From assembly GCA_945861255.1 (NCBI GenBank), contig CAMAUG010000001.1, positions 1 to 32,508 of the forward strand: a stretch of 32,508 nt of DNA. The letters are read 5' to 3'. This document shows, one piece after another, positions 18,639 through 25,934 of this stretch. Source of the DNA: Candidatus Sulfopaludibacter sp. SbA3. GTDB lineage: Bacteria; Acidobacteriota; Terriglobia; Bryobacterales; Bryobacteraceae. Every line of letters begins with the position of its first letter. The first letter of the stretch is position 1. Below the pieces are notes generated by a model, which was given only the letters and a program-made list of their open reading frames with translations, searched no databases and was not told the DNA's origin. Position numbers and translations under genes: made by a program.

Positions 18639-20465
18639 ATGAAGGATTTTCGAAACCAAGAGCCTCGGACGCAAGATCTCCGCGAACAGGCCGCCGAACT
18701 TCCGCTATTGCCCGGCGTGTATCTCTACAAGGACGCCTACGGAACCATCATCTACGTCGGCAAGGCCAAGAACCTGCGCAGCCGCGTGCGCAGCTACTTT
18801 TCCGATGAACGTCTGGCGGATTCGAAGACCGGAACGCTGATCGGCGAAGCGCGGCAGGTCGACTATATCCACGTCGATAACGAAAAAGAAGCGCTGGCGC
18901 TGGAAAACAATCTGATCAAGCAGTGGAAGCCGCGCTTCAATATTCTGCTGCGTGATGACAAGACGTACCCTTACATCAAGCTCACGGGCGAGAAATTCCC
19001 GCGCGTCTACGTCACGCGGAGATTGAAGAAAGACGGCTCCACATACTACGGCCCGTATTTCCCGGGCAACCTGGCGCACCGCCTGGTCCACTTCATCCAT
19101 CGGCATTTCAAGGTGCCATCCTGCAAGATCGACATGACGCGCAAGCACACGCATCCGTGCCTGGAGTTTCACATCCACCGCTGCCTGGGCCCGTGCGTGG
19201 ATGGCCTGACCACGGAAGCGCGCTACGCCGAAGCCGTGCGTTCCGTGCGATTGTTCCTGGAGGGCCGCCACAAAGATCTGGCGCAGGAGCTGCAAGGAAA
19301 GATCGACGCCGCCAGCGCCGAAATGCGCTATGAAGAAGCGTCCGCGCTGCATAACCTGATGCAGACCGTGGAGGAGGCCGGCGAAAAGCAAAAAATGGCT
19401 GCCGCGGAAGGCGCCGATACCGATATCTTCGCCTATCACGCGGAGCCACCCTTGCTCGCCGTAAACCTGTTCCACCTGCGCCACGGTCACATCGTGGACC
19501 GCCGCGAATTCTTCTGGGAAGACCAGCGTGAGTTCGAAGCGCCGGAGTTCTTCTGCTCCTTGCTGATGCAGGTGTACCTGGATGACCCCTACGTTCCGGC
19601 ATTCATCCATGTGCCGGTGGAGTTTGAAGACCGCGATGTGCTGGAAGAACTGCTGACGGAAAAGCGCGGACGGAAGGTGGAAATCCACACGCCGCAGCGC
19701 GGCCAGAAGAAGGCCATGATTGAACTGGTGGAATCCAACGCCAAACACAGCTTTGAGCAGCGGTTCCGCGTCTTGAAGCCGTCATCGAAGGCGATTGAAG
19801 CGGCACTGCAAGACGCGCTCGGATTGGAAGCGCCGCCCGCCCGCATCGAGTGCTTCGACATCTCCCACATTCAGGGCACCGACAAGGTGGCCAGCATGGT
19901 GGTGTGGGAGAAGGGCCGCATGAAGAAGGCCGATTACCGCAAGTTCGTGATCAAGACGGTGGAGGGCAACGATGACTTCGCCTCCATGCGCGAGGTGATC
20001 ACACGGCGCTACCAACGCCTGAAGGACGAAGGTGCGGCCCGGCCCGGGCTGGTTCTGGTGGACGGCGGCCTGGGCCAGCTGCACGCCGCGGCGGGCGCGC
20101 TCGAAGAACTCGGCATCACCGATCAACCACTGGCGTCCATCGCCAAGCGCGAGGAATGGATCTACGTGTACGGGCAGGAGGACGAGCCTGTGATCCTGGA
20201 CAAGTTTTCGCCGGTGCTGCATTTGATCCAGCAGGTGCGTGATGAGGCCCATCGCTTCGCAGTCACGTTTCACCGGACGCGCCGCAACGCCAGCCGTCTG
20301 CGCGGTGAATTGATTCAGATCGCGGGAGTCGGCGAGAAGACGGCAGCCAAGCTCCTGCAGCATTTTGGAAGCGTGGAGCGCGTCAGGCAGGCTCCCGAAG
20401 AGGAACTCGCGGGCGTGGTGGGCAAGGCGGCGGCGGACAAAATCCGGGACGGACTCGCGTCTTAA
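18639..20465 (+). CDS. uvrC: Excinuclease ABC subunit C
   Basis: 608 aa. It has a GIY-YIG N-terminus (PGVYLYKDAYGTIIYVGKAKNLRSRV), a UVR domain, an endonuclease V-like domain and a C-terminal (HhH)2. Confidence 0.95.
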   Translation: MKDFRNQEPRTQDLREQAAELPLLPGVYLYKDAYGTIIYVGKAKNLRSRVRSYFSDERLADSKTGTLIGEARQVDYIHVDNEKEALALENNLIKQWKPRFNILLRDDKTYPYIKLTGEKFPRVYVTRRLKKDGSTYYGPYFPGNLAHRLVHFIHRHFKVPSCKIDMTRKHTHPCLEFHIHRCLGPCVDGLTTEARYAEAVRSVRLFLEGRHKDLAQELQGKIDAASAEMRYEEASALHNLMQTVEEAGEKQKMAAAEGADTDIFAYHAEPPLLAVNLFHLRHGHIVDRREFFWEDQREFEAPEFFCSLLMQVYLDDPYVPAFIHVPVEFEDRDVLEELLTEKRGRKVEIHTPQRGQKKAMIELVESNAKHSFEQRFRVLKPSSKAIEAALQDALGLEAPPARIECFDISHIQGTDKVASMVVWEKGRMKKADYRKFVIKTVEGNDDFASMREVITRRYQRLKDEGAARPGLVLVDGGLGQLHAAAGALEELGITDQPLASIAKREEWIYVYGQEDEPVILDKFSPVLHLIQQVRDEAHRFAVTFHRTRRNASRLRGELIQIAGVGEKTAAKLLQHFGSVERVRQAPEEELAGVVGKAAADKIRDGLAS

Positions 20466-20610
20466 CGCCCGATACTACGTGCCGTGACACCGAGCCCGGC
20501 CCGCCACCATGCGCCCGTGAGCGTGCTTCGTCGTGCCGAAGCGCCTTCCGTGCCGCTTGGAACGCCGTGGCGCGCTGGAACGCGTGGGGCGCGGGCCGCT
20601 ATCATGAAGT

Positions 20611-21609
20611 TTGGGTGAGAACAAGCTAGGCAGCCCGTGGCCGCGAGTGCTGCTCGTAATAATCAACATTGCATCCATCGCCAGCCTTGTATGGACGCTG
20701 CGCGACGCGCATCTGAGCCAGCTACGCGACGACGTCCTGGCGCTGGACTGGTCCTGGATGACGGCAGCCTGCATCTCCGCTGTCGCCATTTTCCTGTGGC
20801 AGGCGCTGCGGTGGCGGCTGGTGTTGCACCCCGTGGCGCGGCTGGGGTTTTGGGAAACAGCGCGGGCACTCTACGTCGGCATGTTCGCCAACGAAGTTCT
20901 GCCTCTGCGAGCGGGCGAAGTGATCCGCTGCTACCTGCTGGCGCGGCGGCCCGACTTGCCCCTCTCCGTGGCGCTCACCAGCCTACTGATTGAGCGCGTC
21001 TTCGACGGCATATTGCTGGTGGCCAGCCTGCTGCTGGTGTTGCCCTACATTCCAGTACCGGCGGCGCTGCGCTACGTCGTCGACGGAGCATATGTTCTGG
21101 GAATCGTGGTTCTGGTGTTGGCCGCGGTTCTGGGCCTGGCGATGTTCTGGAAGCGTGGCCCGCCGGCCGTCAACCCTGGTTCCGGAAAATGGCGCAAACA
21201 TATTCAAATCCTCATTGAAGACCTGGGTAAGATTGGTCATTCCCGCTACTTGCTGCTGGCCTTCGCCGCGAGCGTTCCACTGTTGCTCTTCCAAACGATT
21301 CCCCTCTACATGGCGCTGCAAGCTTACCGTCTCGATTTCTCCGCGCTGGCGGCGTTCGCAATCGCGCTACTGCTGCGCCTGGGCAGCGCGATTCCTCAAG
21401 CGCCCGCAAATCCCGCCATCCCGCTATTCCTGGCGGCGGTGCTGCAAAATGTCTTTTCGCTGGAATCGAGCGAAGCCTCGCGCGTGGGCTTGGTGCTGTG
21501 GGCCGTGGTTACGCTGCCGCTGATCGTCTCCGGGCTGGTGGCACTGGCGGTGACGGATATGAAACTGGGTGAACTGCGGCGCGCGGCGCTGGACGCGCGG
21601 AGCACATAG
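20611..21609 (+). CDS. Flippase-like / lysylphosphatidylglycerol-synthase TM-region family (UPF0104) membrane protein
   Basis: About 330 aa and polytopic. The motif FANEVLPLRAGEVIRCYLL is typical of this family. The start is uncertain (TTG 20611 or GTG 20647). Confidence 0.75.
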   Translation: MGENKLGSPWPRVLLVIINIASIASLVWTLRDAHLSQLRDDVLALDWSWMTAACISAVAIFLWQALRWRLVLHPVARLGFWETARALYVGMFANEVLPLRAGEVIRCYLLARRPDLPLSVALTSLLIERVFDGILLVASLLLVLPYIPVPAALRYVVDGAYVLGIVVLVLAAVLGLAMFWKRGPPAVNPGSGKWRKHIQILIEDLGKIGHSRYLLLAFAASVPLLLFQTIPLYMALQAYRLDFSALAAFAIALLLRLGSAIPQAPANPAIPLFLAAVLQNVFSLESSEASRVGLVLWAVVTLPLIVSGLVALAVTDMKLGELRRAALDARST

Positions 21610-21620
21610 CCTAAGCTCAG

Positions 21621-22652
21621 CTAAGAGACCGGGCCAATGAGCTGGTTGTACACATCCCACGTGCGTTCCACCGCCGCCTCCCAGGTAAACCCCCGCGCGC
21701 GTGCGGCGCCCCGGCGCGAAAACTCCGCACTCAAGTCCGCGTCGCCGGCCAAACGTCGCATCGCCGCGCCGATCTCCTCCTCACTACGCGGCTCCACCAG
21801 AAGCGCGGCGTCTCCAGCCACCTCGGGGAGTGCGGAGCAGTTAGAAGTCACCACCGGTACTCCATACGCCATCGCTTCGAGGACCGGCATCCCAAACCCC
21901 TCATCCAATGAAGGGAACGCGAAGATGCGCGCGCGGCGATACAGAGCATCCAATTGCCGCGGGGAGACGTAGCCGAGTACCTGGATATCCGCCTCGCGGG
22001 GACTCTGCTCCACGGCGCGCAGCTCCTCGGCGGCTCCGTACCCATCGGTGGCGCCGGCCAACGCCAGACGCCAGCCAGCCGGCATCTGTTCGAAAGCCTT
22101 CACCAGCCGTGCCGTGTTCTTCCGGCGTTGGATAGCGCCCGTGCACAGAACCAGATTTTCGCGTGCGGCGGCGGCGCCGGCGGGCGGCACTCGCACACCG
22201 TGTGGGATCACGTGGATGCGGGCGCTCTCAACACCCAATAGGGCTTCCACCTGCGAGGCGGTGAATCGCGAGATGGCGATAATCGCATCACAGCGGGCCG
22301 CGGCTTGCCGCGCTTGTTCCGTAAAACGTGCGCGGAATTCCGGAGAAGAATAGTCGCCCGTCATCACGAACAGATCGTGAAAAGTCGCCACGGTGCGGCG
22401 AGCCGGAGCGTCCACACGCTGGTTCAACGCATGGAACAAGTCCGCCCGCGGCGTGCCGCGCAATATATGGCGGCCCGCGTTCGGAGGAAGCGAATCCGCC
22501 AGGGAGCGCAAGAAACGGTGAGGGCGGTAGCAGAATTGAAACGTCGCGCCGGGATGGGTGCCGGCCAAACCAAATAGAATCTCGCGCGAATACACGCCGA
22601 CGCCGGACAAGTTCCGGCCCAGGCTGTATGTGGCGTCGAGTGCGATGCGCAC
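21621..22652 (-). CDS. GT4-family (GT-B) glycosyltransferase
   Basis: 343 aa with a GTG start. The C-terminal half carries the GT4 signature (ARIFAFPSLDEGFGMPVLEAMAYGVPVVTS). Confidence 0.85.
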   Translation of the reverse strand: MRIALDATYSLGRNLSGVGVYSREILFGLAGTHPGATFQFCYRPHRFLRSLADSLPPNAGRHILRGTPRADLFHALNQRVDAPARRTVATFHDLFVMTGDYSSPEFRARFTEQARQAAARCDAIIAISRFTASQVEALLGVESARIHVIPHGVRVPPAGAAAARENLVLCTGAIQRRKNTARLVKAFEQMPAGWRLALAGATDGYGAAEELRAVEQSPREADIQVLGYVSPRQLDALYRRARIFAFPSLDEGFGMPVLEAMAYGVPVVTSNCSALPEVAGDAALLVEPRSEEEIGAAMRRLAGDADLSAEFSRRGAARARGFTWEAAVERTWDVYNQLIGPVS

Positions 22653-22688
22653 GCGAATGTTATCGTCGCATGCCGGGAGCGTTGGTCG

Positions 22689-23585
22689 CTAGCTCCCAGT
22701 GGCGCCGTGTGCCCAGGAAGGCTCCGCCGTGGAAACTCCTGAGCGGCGTCCGGCCAAATCCAGTTCGGCCTGCTCCAGCAAGCGTTCTATGCCGGCAGGA
22801 TGGAGTTGCACGTCGAAAATCGACCCGCCGATTCGGATGCCATGCTCGCGCCCGCAGGAATACAAACGCATCCAAGCCCGCTCCACCGTTTCGGCGCCGC
22901 TATCGAAAATGGCGAGACCGAAACGAGTCGCTGAAATACGCCCCAACAAATCCGCTGGCCCAATCGAGGTCCGCAGGAACTCGGAGGCCTCCATCATCAC
23001 CAGATCGTTGCGCTCTCCCGGACTGCCCCGAGCGAGGGCTTCCGGCTCGGCCGCGATGAATAGCAGCCGATGCTCGAGACGTGCGGCCAAGCTCCGGTCG
23101 CGCCCGGCCAACATGAAAAAAGCCTCGCGGTTCACCAACCCGGTCAGCGCGTCCAACATGGATGCCGCGCGAATCGCGGCAACGAATCGCTGGCGCTCCA
23201 ACGCGTGGCGCATGGCGCGCGCCAACGGCTTGCAGTCCAGGTCACTCTTAAGCAGGATATCCTGCGCGCCTTCCCGCAACAGACCCACGGCCAACTCGCG
23301 ATCGTCCAAAGCGGCCAACACAACGATGGGAATACCGGGCGCCAGCTCCTCCAACATGCGGAAGCGTACCAGTAGTCTTGTATCGGAAGTGCCGGGCGCA
23401 AGGAGAACAATATCGATGGCGTCGTTGGCCAGCACCGCGACCGCCTCGTCCCAGTTGGCGGCATGGATCGTCTCAAACGTGACCCACCCGTGCCAGAAAT
23501 TTCCGGCACTCGTTTCCACCAGGACATCCTGGATGAACGACGCGTCGACGGCGTCCGGCTCGATCAGCAGGACTCGAATATTCAC
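22689..23585 (-). CDS. Pseudo-receiver fused to a degenerate GGDEF domain
   Basis: 298 aa with a GTG start. The REC-like N-terminus (RVLLIEPD...DIVLLAPG...PIVVLAAL...ILLKS) has Ala at the phospho-acceptor and Thr/Ser positions. The GGDEF-like C-terminus (DALTGLVNREAF...) has SATRF in place of GG(D/E)EF. Confidence 0.8.
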   Translation of the reverse strand: MNIRVLLIEPDAVDASFIQDVLVETSAGNFWHGWVTFETIHAANWDEAVAVLANDAIDIVLLAPGTSDTRLLVRFRMLEELAPGIPIVVLAALDDRELAVGLLREGAQDILLKSDLDCKPLARAMRHALERQRFVAAIRAASMLDALTGLVNREAFFMLAGRDRSLAARLEHRLLFIAAEPEALARGSPGERNDLVMMEASEFLRTSIGPADLLGRISATRFGLAIFDSGAETVERAWMRLYSCGREHGIRIGGSIFDVQLHPAGIERLLEQAELDLAGRRSGVSTAEPSWAHGATGS

Positions 23586-23599
23586 GTTAGATAGTGCAG
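23581..23599 (-). repeat. 19-nt box, copy A (minus strand CTGCACTATCTAACGTGAA; the GTG is the start codon of the pseudo-receiver gene)
   Basis: Matches 18 of 19 nt of copy B at 24730-24748 in the same orientation. A second shared block AAATCTTGA lies just upstream (23617-23625). Confidence 0.6.
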
Positions 23600-23625
23600 G
23601 GACGCGCGCGAAGCTCTCAAGATTT

Positions 23626-24666
23626 TCAATTCACCATCTGATATTCCTTGAGCTTCCGGTACAACGTGGTTCGGCCGATTCCAAGCAAGTGGGCCGCCAC
23701 GGCACGGTCTCCTCGCGTGTAGTCCAGCGCGTTGATAATCGCACGGCGTTCTAGTTCCGCAAGGGGTACCACCGTGGGCAGGGGAATGGAAGCGGGAGCA
23801 CCCGCCAGAGTATCTGGCCGGTCAGATCCACCAGCGCCTCCCAGCGGCGTTGCCGGATACGCCCCAACGGCTGCGGTAAGATACTGCGCCTTCTTCTGGA
23901 TCAGGTGATTCTGTAAGTTCGACGGGAGATCGGCAACGTGCAGCAGCGGGCCGGAATTGATGGCCACCATATGCTGAACGCAGTTCTCTAGTTCGCGGAT
24001 GTTGCCCGGCCATTCATAAGAGAGGATGACCTCCAGCGCCTCCGCGGTCACGCTGTAATGGCTGCCCACGCGGGATAAAAAATGATTGATGAGCTCCGGG
24101 ATGTCCTCTTTGCGTTCCCGCAATGGCGCAAGCCGCAAGTTGATCACGTTCAGCCGGAAATACAGGTCCCTGCGGAACGTGCCCTTCTCCACTTCCTTCG
24201 CAAGATCGCGATTCGTCGCCGCGATGATCCGGAAATCCGAACGCCGCGTGGTCAGTGACCCTACTGGACGGAACTCCTTTTCCTGCAACACGCGTAACAG
24301 CTTGGCCTGCAGATCCAGAGGCAGCTCGCCGATCTCATCGAAGAACGCCGTCCCTCCGTCTGCTGCTTCAAGCAGCCCGATCTTGGCGCCGGCCGCGCCC
24401 GTGAACGCGCCCTTCACGTGGCCAAACAATTCACTCTCCATCAGAGGACCCACCATGGAGGAGCAGTCAATCGTCACGAAGGGCCCGCGCGGGTCCTTAT
24501 TATGGATACTGCGCGCCACCACTTCCTTGCCCGTGCCTGTTTCCCCGAGCAGCAGCGCGGGCCATCGGCAGCGGCCCAGCTTCTCTATGAGATGCAACAC
24601 CTTGCGCGTGCGAACCGAGTGGCCCACTAACACATGGCGAGTCTCTTCCGCGGCCGTTCCCATCAT
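23626..24666 (-). CDS. Sigma-54-dependent transcriptional activator (bEBP) lacking an N-terminal input domain
   Basis: 346 aa. It has Walker A GETGTGKE, the GAFTGA loop, Walker B FFDEIGE and a C-terminal Fis-type HTH (AAHLLGIGRTTLYRKLKEY). Only about 10 residues precede the AAA+ core. Confidence 0.9.
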   Translation of the reverse strand: MMGTAAEETRHVLVGHSVRTRKVLHLIEKLGRCRWPALLLGETGTGKEVVARSIHNKDPRGPFVTIDCSSMVGPLMESELFGHVKGAFTGAAGAKIGLLEAADGGTAFFDEIGELPLDLQAKLLRVLQEKEFRPVGSLTTRRSDFRIIAATNRDLAKEVEKGTFRRDLYFRLNVINLRLAPLRERKEDIPELINHFLSRVGSHYSVTAEALEVILSYEWPGNIRELENCVQHMVAINSGPLLHVADLPSNLQNHLIQKKAQYLTAAVGAYPATPLGGAGGSDRPDTLAGAPASIPLPTVVPLAELERRAIINALDYTRGDRAVAAHLLGIGRTTLYRKLKEYQMVN

Positions 24667-24729
24667 TTCGTCCGTACCCGCATGCTCAGTTTCATTCCTC
24701 TACCACCTGGACTCATTCGGAGAGCCGCT

Positions 24730-24748
24730 TTCACGTTATATAGTGCAG
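24730..24748 (-). repeat. 19-nt box, copy B (minus strand CTGCACTATATAACGTGAA) in the leader of the activator gene
   Basis: See copy A. It is preceded by AAATCTTGA (24751-24759) on the minus strand. Confidence 0.6.
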
Positions 24749-24760
24749 TGATCAAGATTT

Positions 24761-24789
24761 AATCTACGGTTGATTTGCGCTTTCTTCAA
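24761..24789 (-). promoter_or_regulatory. Candidate sigma-70 promoter for the activator operon
   Basis: The minus strand reads TTGAAG (24789-24784), a 17-nt spacer, then TAGATT (24766-24761). The 19-nt box would lie just downstream of the predicted start site. Confidence 0.3.
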
Positions 24790-24886
24790 GATCCGCCTAA
24801 GGAGAAGTGGGGTAGGCATGTTGCGGGTATGGATTACCCCCTTTGTGGGGTTGTGAAGGGCGTTCCACTTACCTAATCTTACTTAA

Positions 24887-25636
24887 TCAAGGACGCGCCA
24901 CCGGCTCCACGATCACCATCGCGGCGCCTGTCTCCTGACGGAGCCTCACGGCCAAATCGTTGGCCTGGTCAAGCGTGAAACCGTTACCCACCACCACCCG
25001 CCACAACGGCGGCGCTGCTTCGGTTGGAAGCACGCGCGCCTCGCCGAACCTATCCGCCAGCCGGGCGCGCAACTCCTCGGCACGCTCCCGGTCCGCGAAT
25101 GCTCCCGCTTGCACCGCATACGTCACAAGGAGCGGTCCCGCGCGTTGTGTCACGGAGCCTTCCACGGAATCGGTGTCCGGCGTTCCCGCCGAAGTACGCG
25201 CGTCGCGCGGGGCGATCACTTTGATCCGTACCTTCGCGGTCCCTGGTCCCAGCATTGCGATGTCGCGCGCGGCGGCGTGCGAGAGATCGATAATGCGTCC
25301 CTTCGCGAAGGGGCCGCGGTCGGTGATGCGCACGTCCACGCGTCTGCCGTTTTCTAAATTGGTGACTTCAACCCACGTCTGAAATGGAAGACGCCGATGC
25401 GCGGCGGTGAGTCGCTCCATGTCGTAGACTTCGCCCGACGCCGTCCGCCGCCCGTGGTACGGCGCGCCATACCAACTCGCGATGCCGGTCTCCGTCTCTC
25501 CCACGCGCGCCGGCGCCACCGGAGCCTGCACCCGCGCTGACCTGCGGCCGCAGCTCACGGCTCCCGCGCTCAGCAGCAGCAGCGACAACCAAAACACGAT
25601 GCTCGCCAAACATGCATGAACAGGGCCTCGGAACAC
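24887..25636 (-). CDS. rlpA: Septal-ring lytic transglycosylase RlpA-family lipoprotein (DPBB + SPOR domains)
   Basis: 249 aa. It has a signal/lipobox-like N-terminus (LLLLSAGAVSC), a DPBB core (GIASWYGAPYHGRRTASGEVYD...VRITDRGPF) and a C-terminal SPOR-like domain (YAVQAGAFADRERAEELRARL). The GTG start at 25636 is uncertain. Confidence 0.85.
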   Translation of the reverse strand: MFRGPVHACLASIVFWLSLLLLSAGAVSCGRRSARVQAPVAPARVGETETGIASWYGAPYHGRRTASGEVYDMERLTAAHRRLPFQTWVEVTNLENGRRVDVRITDRGPFAKGRIIDLSHAAARDIAMLGPGTAKVRIKVIAPRDARTSAGTPDTDSVEGSVTQRAGPLLVTYAVQAGAFADRERAEELRARLADRFGEARVLPTEAAPPLWRVVVGNGFTLDQANDLAVRLRQETGAAMVIVEPVARP

Positions 25637-25698
25637 GCTATACCGCCTAAAACAATTCTATCTGTTTACGTTTGCATGCGTGGGACCCTCATCACACG

Positions 25699-25714
25699 TG
25701 CAAGCCGATGGCCA
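25699..25714 (-). promoter_or_regulatory. Candidate sigma-54 (-24/-12) promoter facing rlpA
   Basis: The minus strand reads TGGCCATCGGCTTGCA, against the consensus TGGCACG-N4-TTGCW. GG and GC have the correct spacing and TTGCA is exact. The predicted start site is about 50 nt upstream of the rlpA start codon. Confidence 0.35.
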
Positions 25715-25742
25715 AGGACCCCTCGGCACATGCATTTTTTTC

Positions 25743-25771
25743 TTGACTTTCTTTTCAATCCACCTTATAAA
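25743..25771 (+). promoter_or_regulatory. Near-consensus sigma-70 promoter
   Basis: TTGACT (25743-25748), a 17-nt spacer, then TATAAA (25766-25771). A T7 tract lies immediately upstream (25735-25741). Confidence 0.5.
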
Positions 25772-25833
25772 GGGGACACAAGCGCGCTCTCGCAAGAGCG
25801 GCGCGCAATCTGATGTTAAGGGAGAATCAACGA

Positions 25834-25899
25834 ATGAAATACGCAACCAAGAAAAAAGCGGCCGCCAAAAAGAAAGCTGCTCCGAAGAAGAAGAAGTAG
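25834..25899 (+). CDS. 21-aa Lys/Ala-rich small protein (MKYATKKKAAAKKKAAPKKKK)
   Basis: An ATG is preceded by AAGGGAG (25818-25824) at 9-nt spacing. The ORF has its own promoter and terminator. An in-frame ATG at 25813 lacks a Shine-Dalgarno. It is not in the supplied ORF track because it is too short. Confidence 0.45.
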   Translation: MKYATKKKAAAKKKAAPKKKK

Positions 25900-25934
25900 C
25901 TCAGCGGCTCGCGATAGCGAGTTTCGATCAGTAC

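Noticed and set aside
18705-19748. 347-aa minus-strand ORF antisense to uvrC
   Set aside because: It is a shadow frame of a clearly real gene, with low-complexity His, Arg, Gln, Val and Leu-rich sequence and no start-site signals.
22328-23754. 243-aa and 351-aa plus-strand ORFs opposite the GT4 and pseudo-receiver genes
   Set aside because: They are Ser/Arg/Pro/Ala-rich shadow frames, while the minus-strand genes have clear domain signatures.
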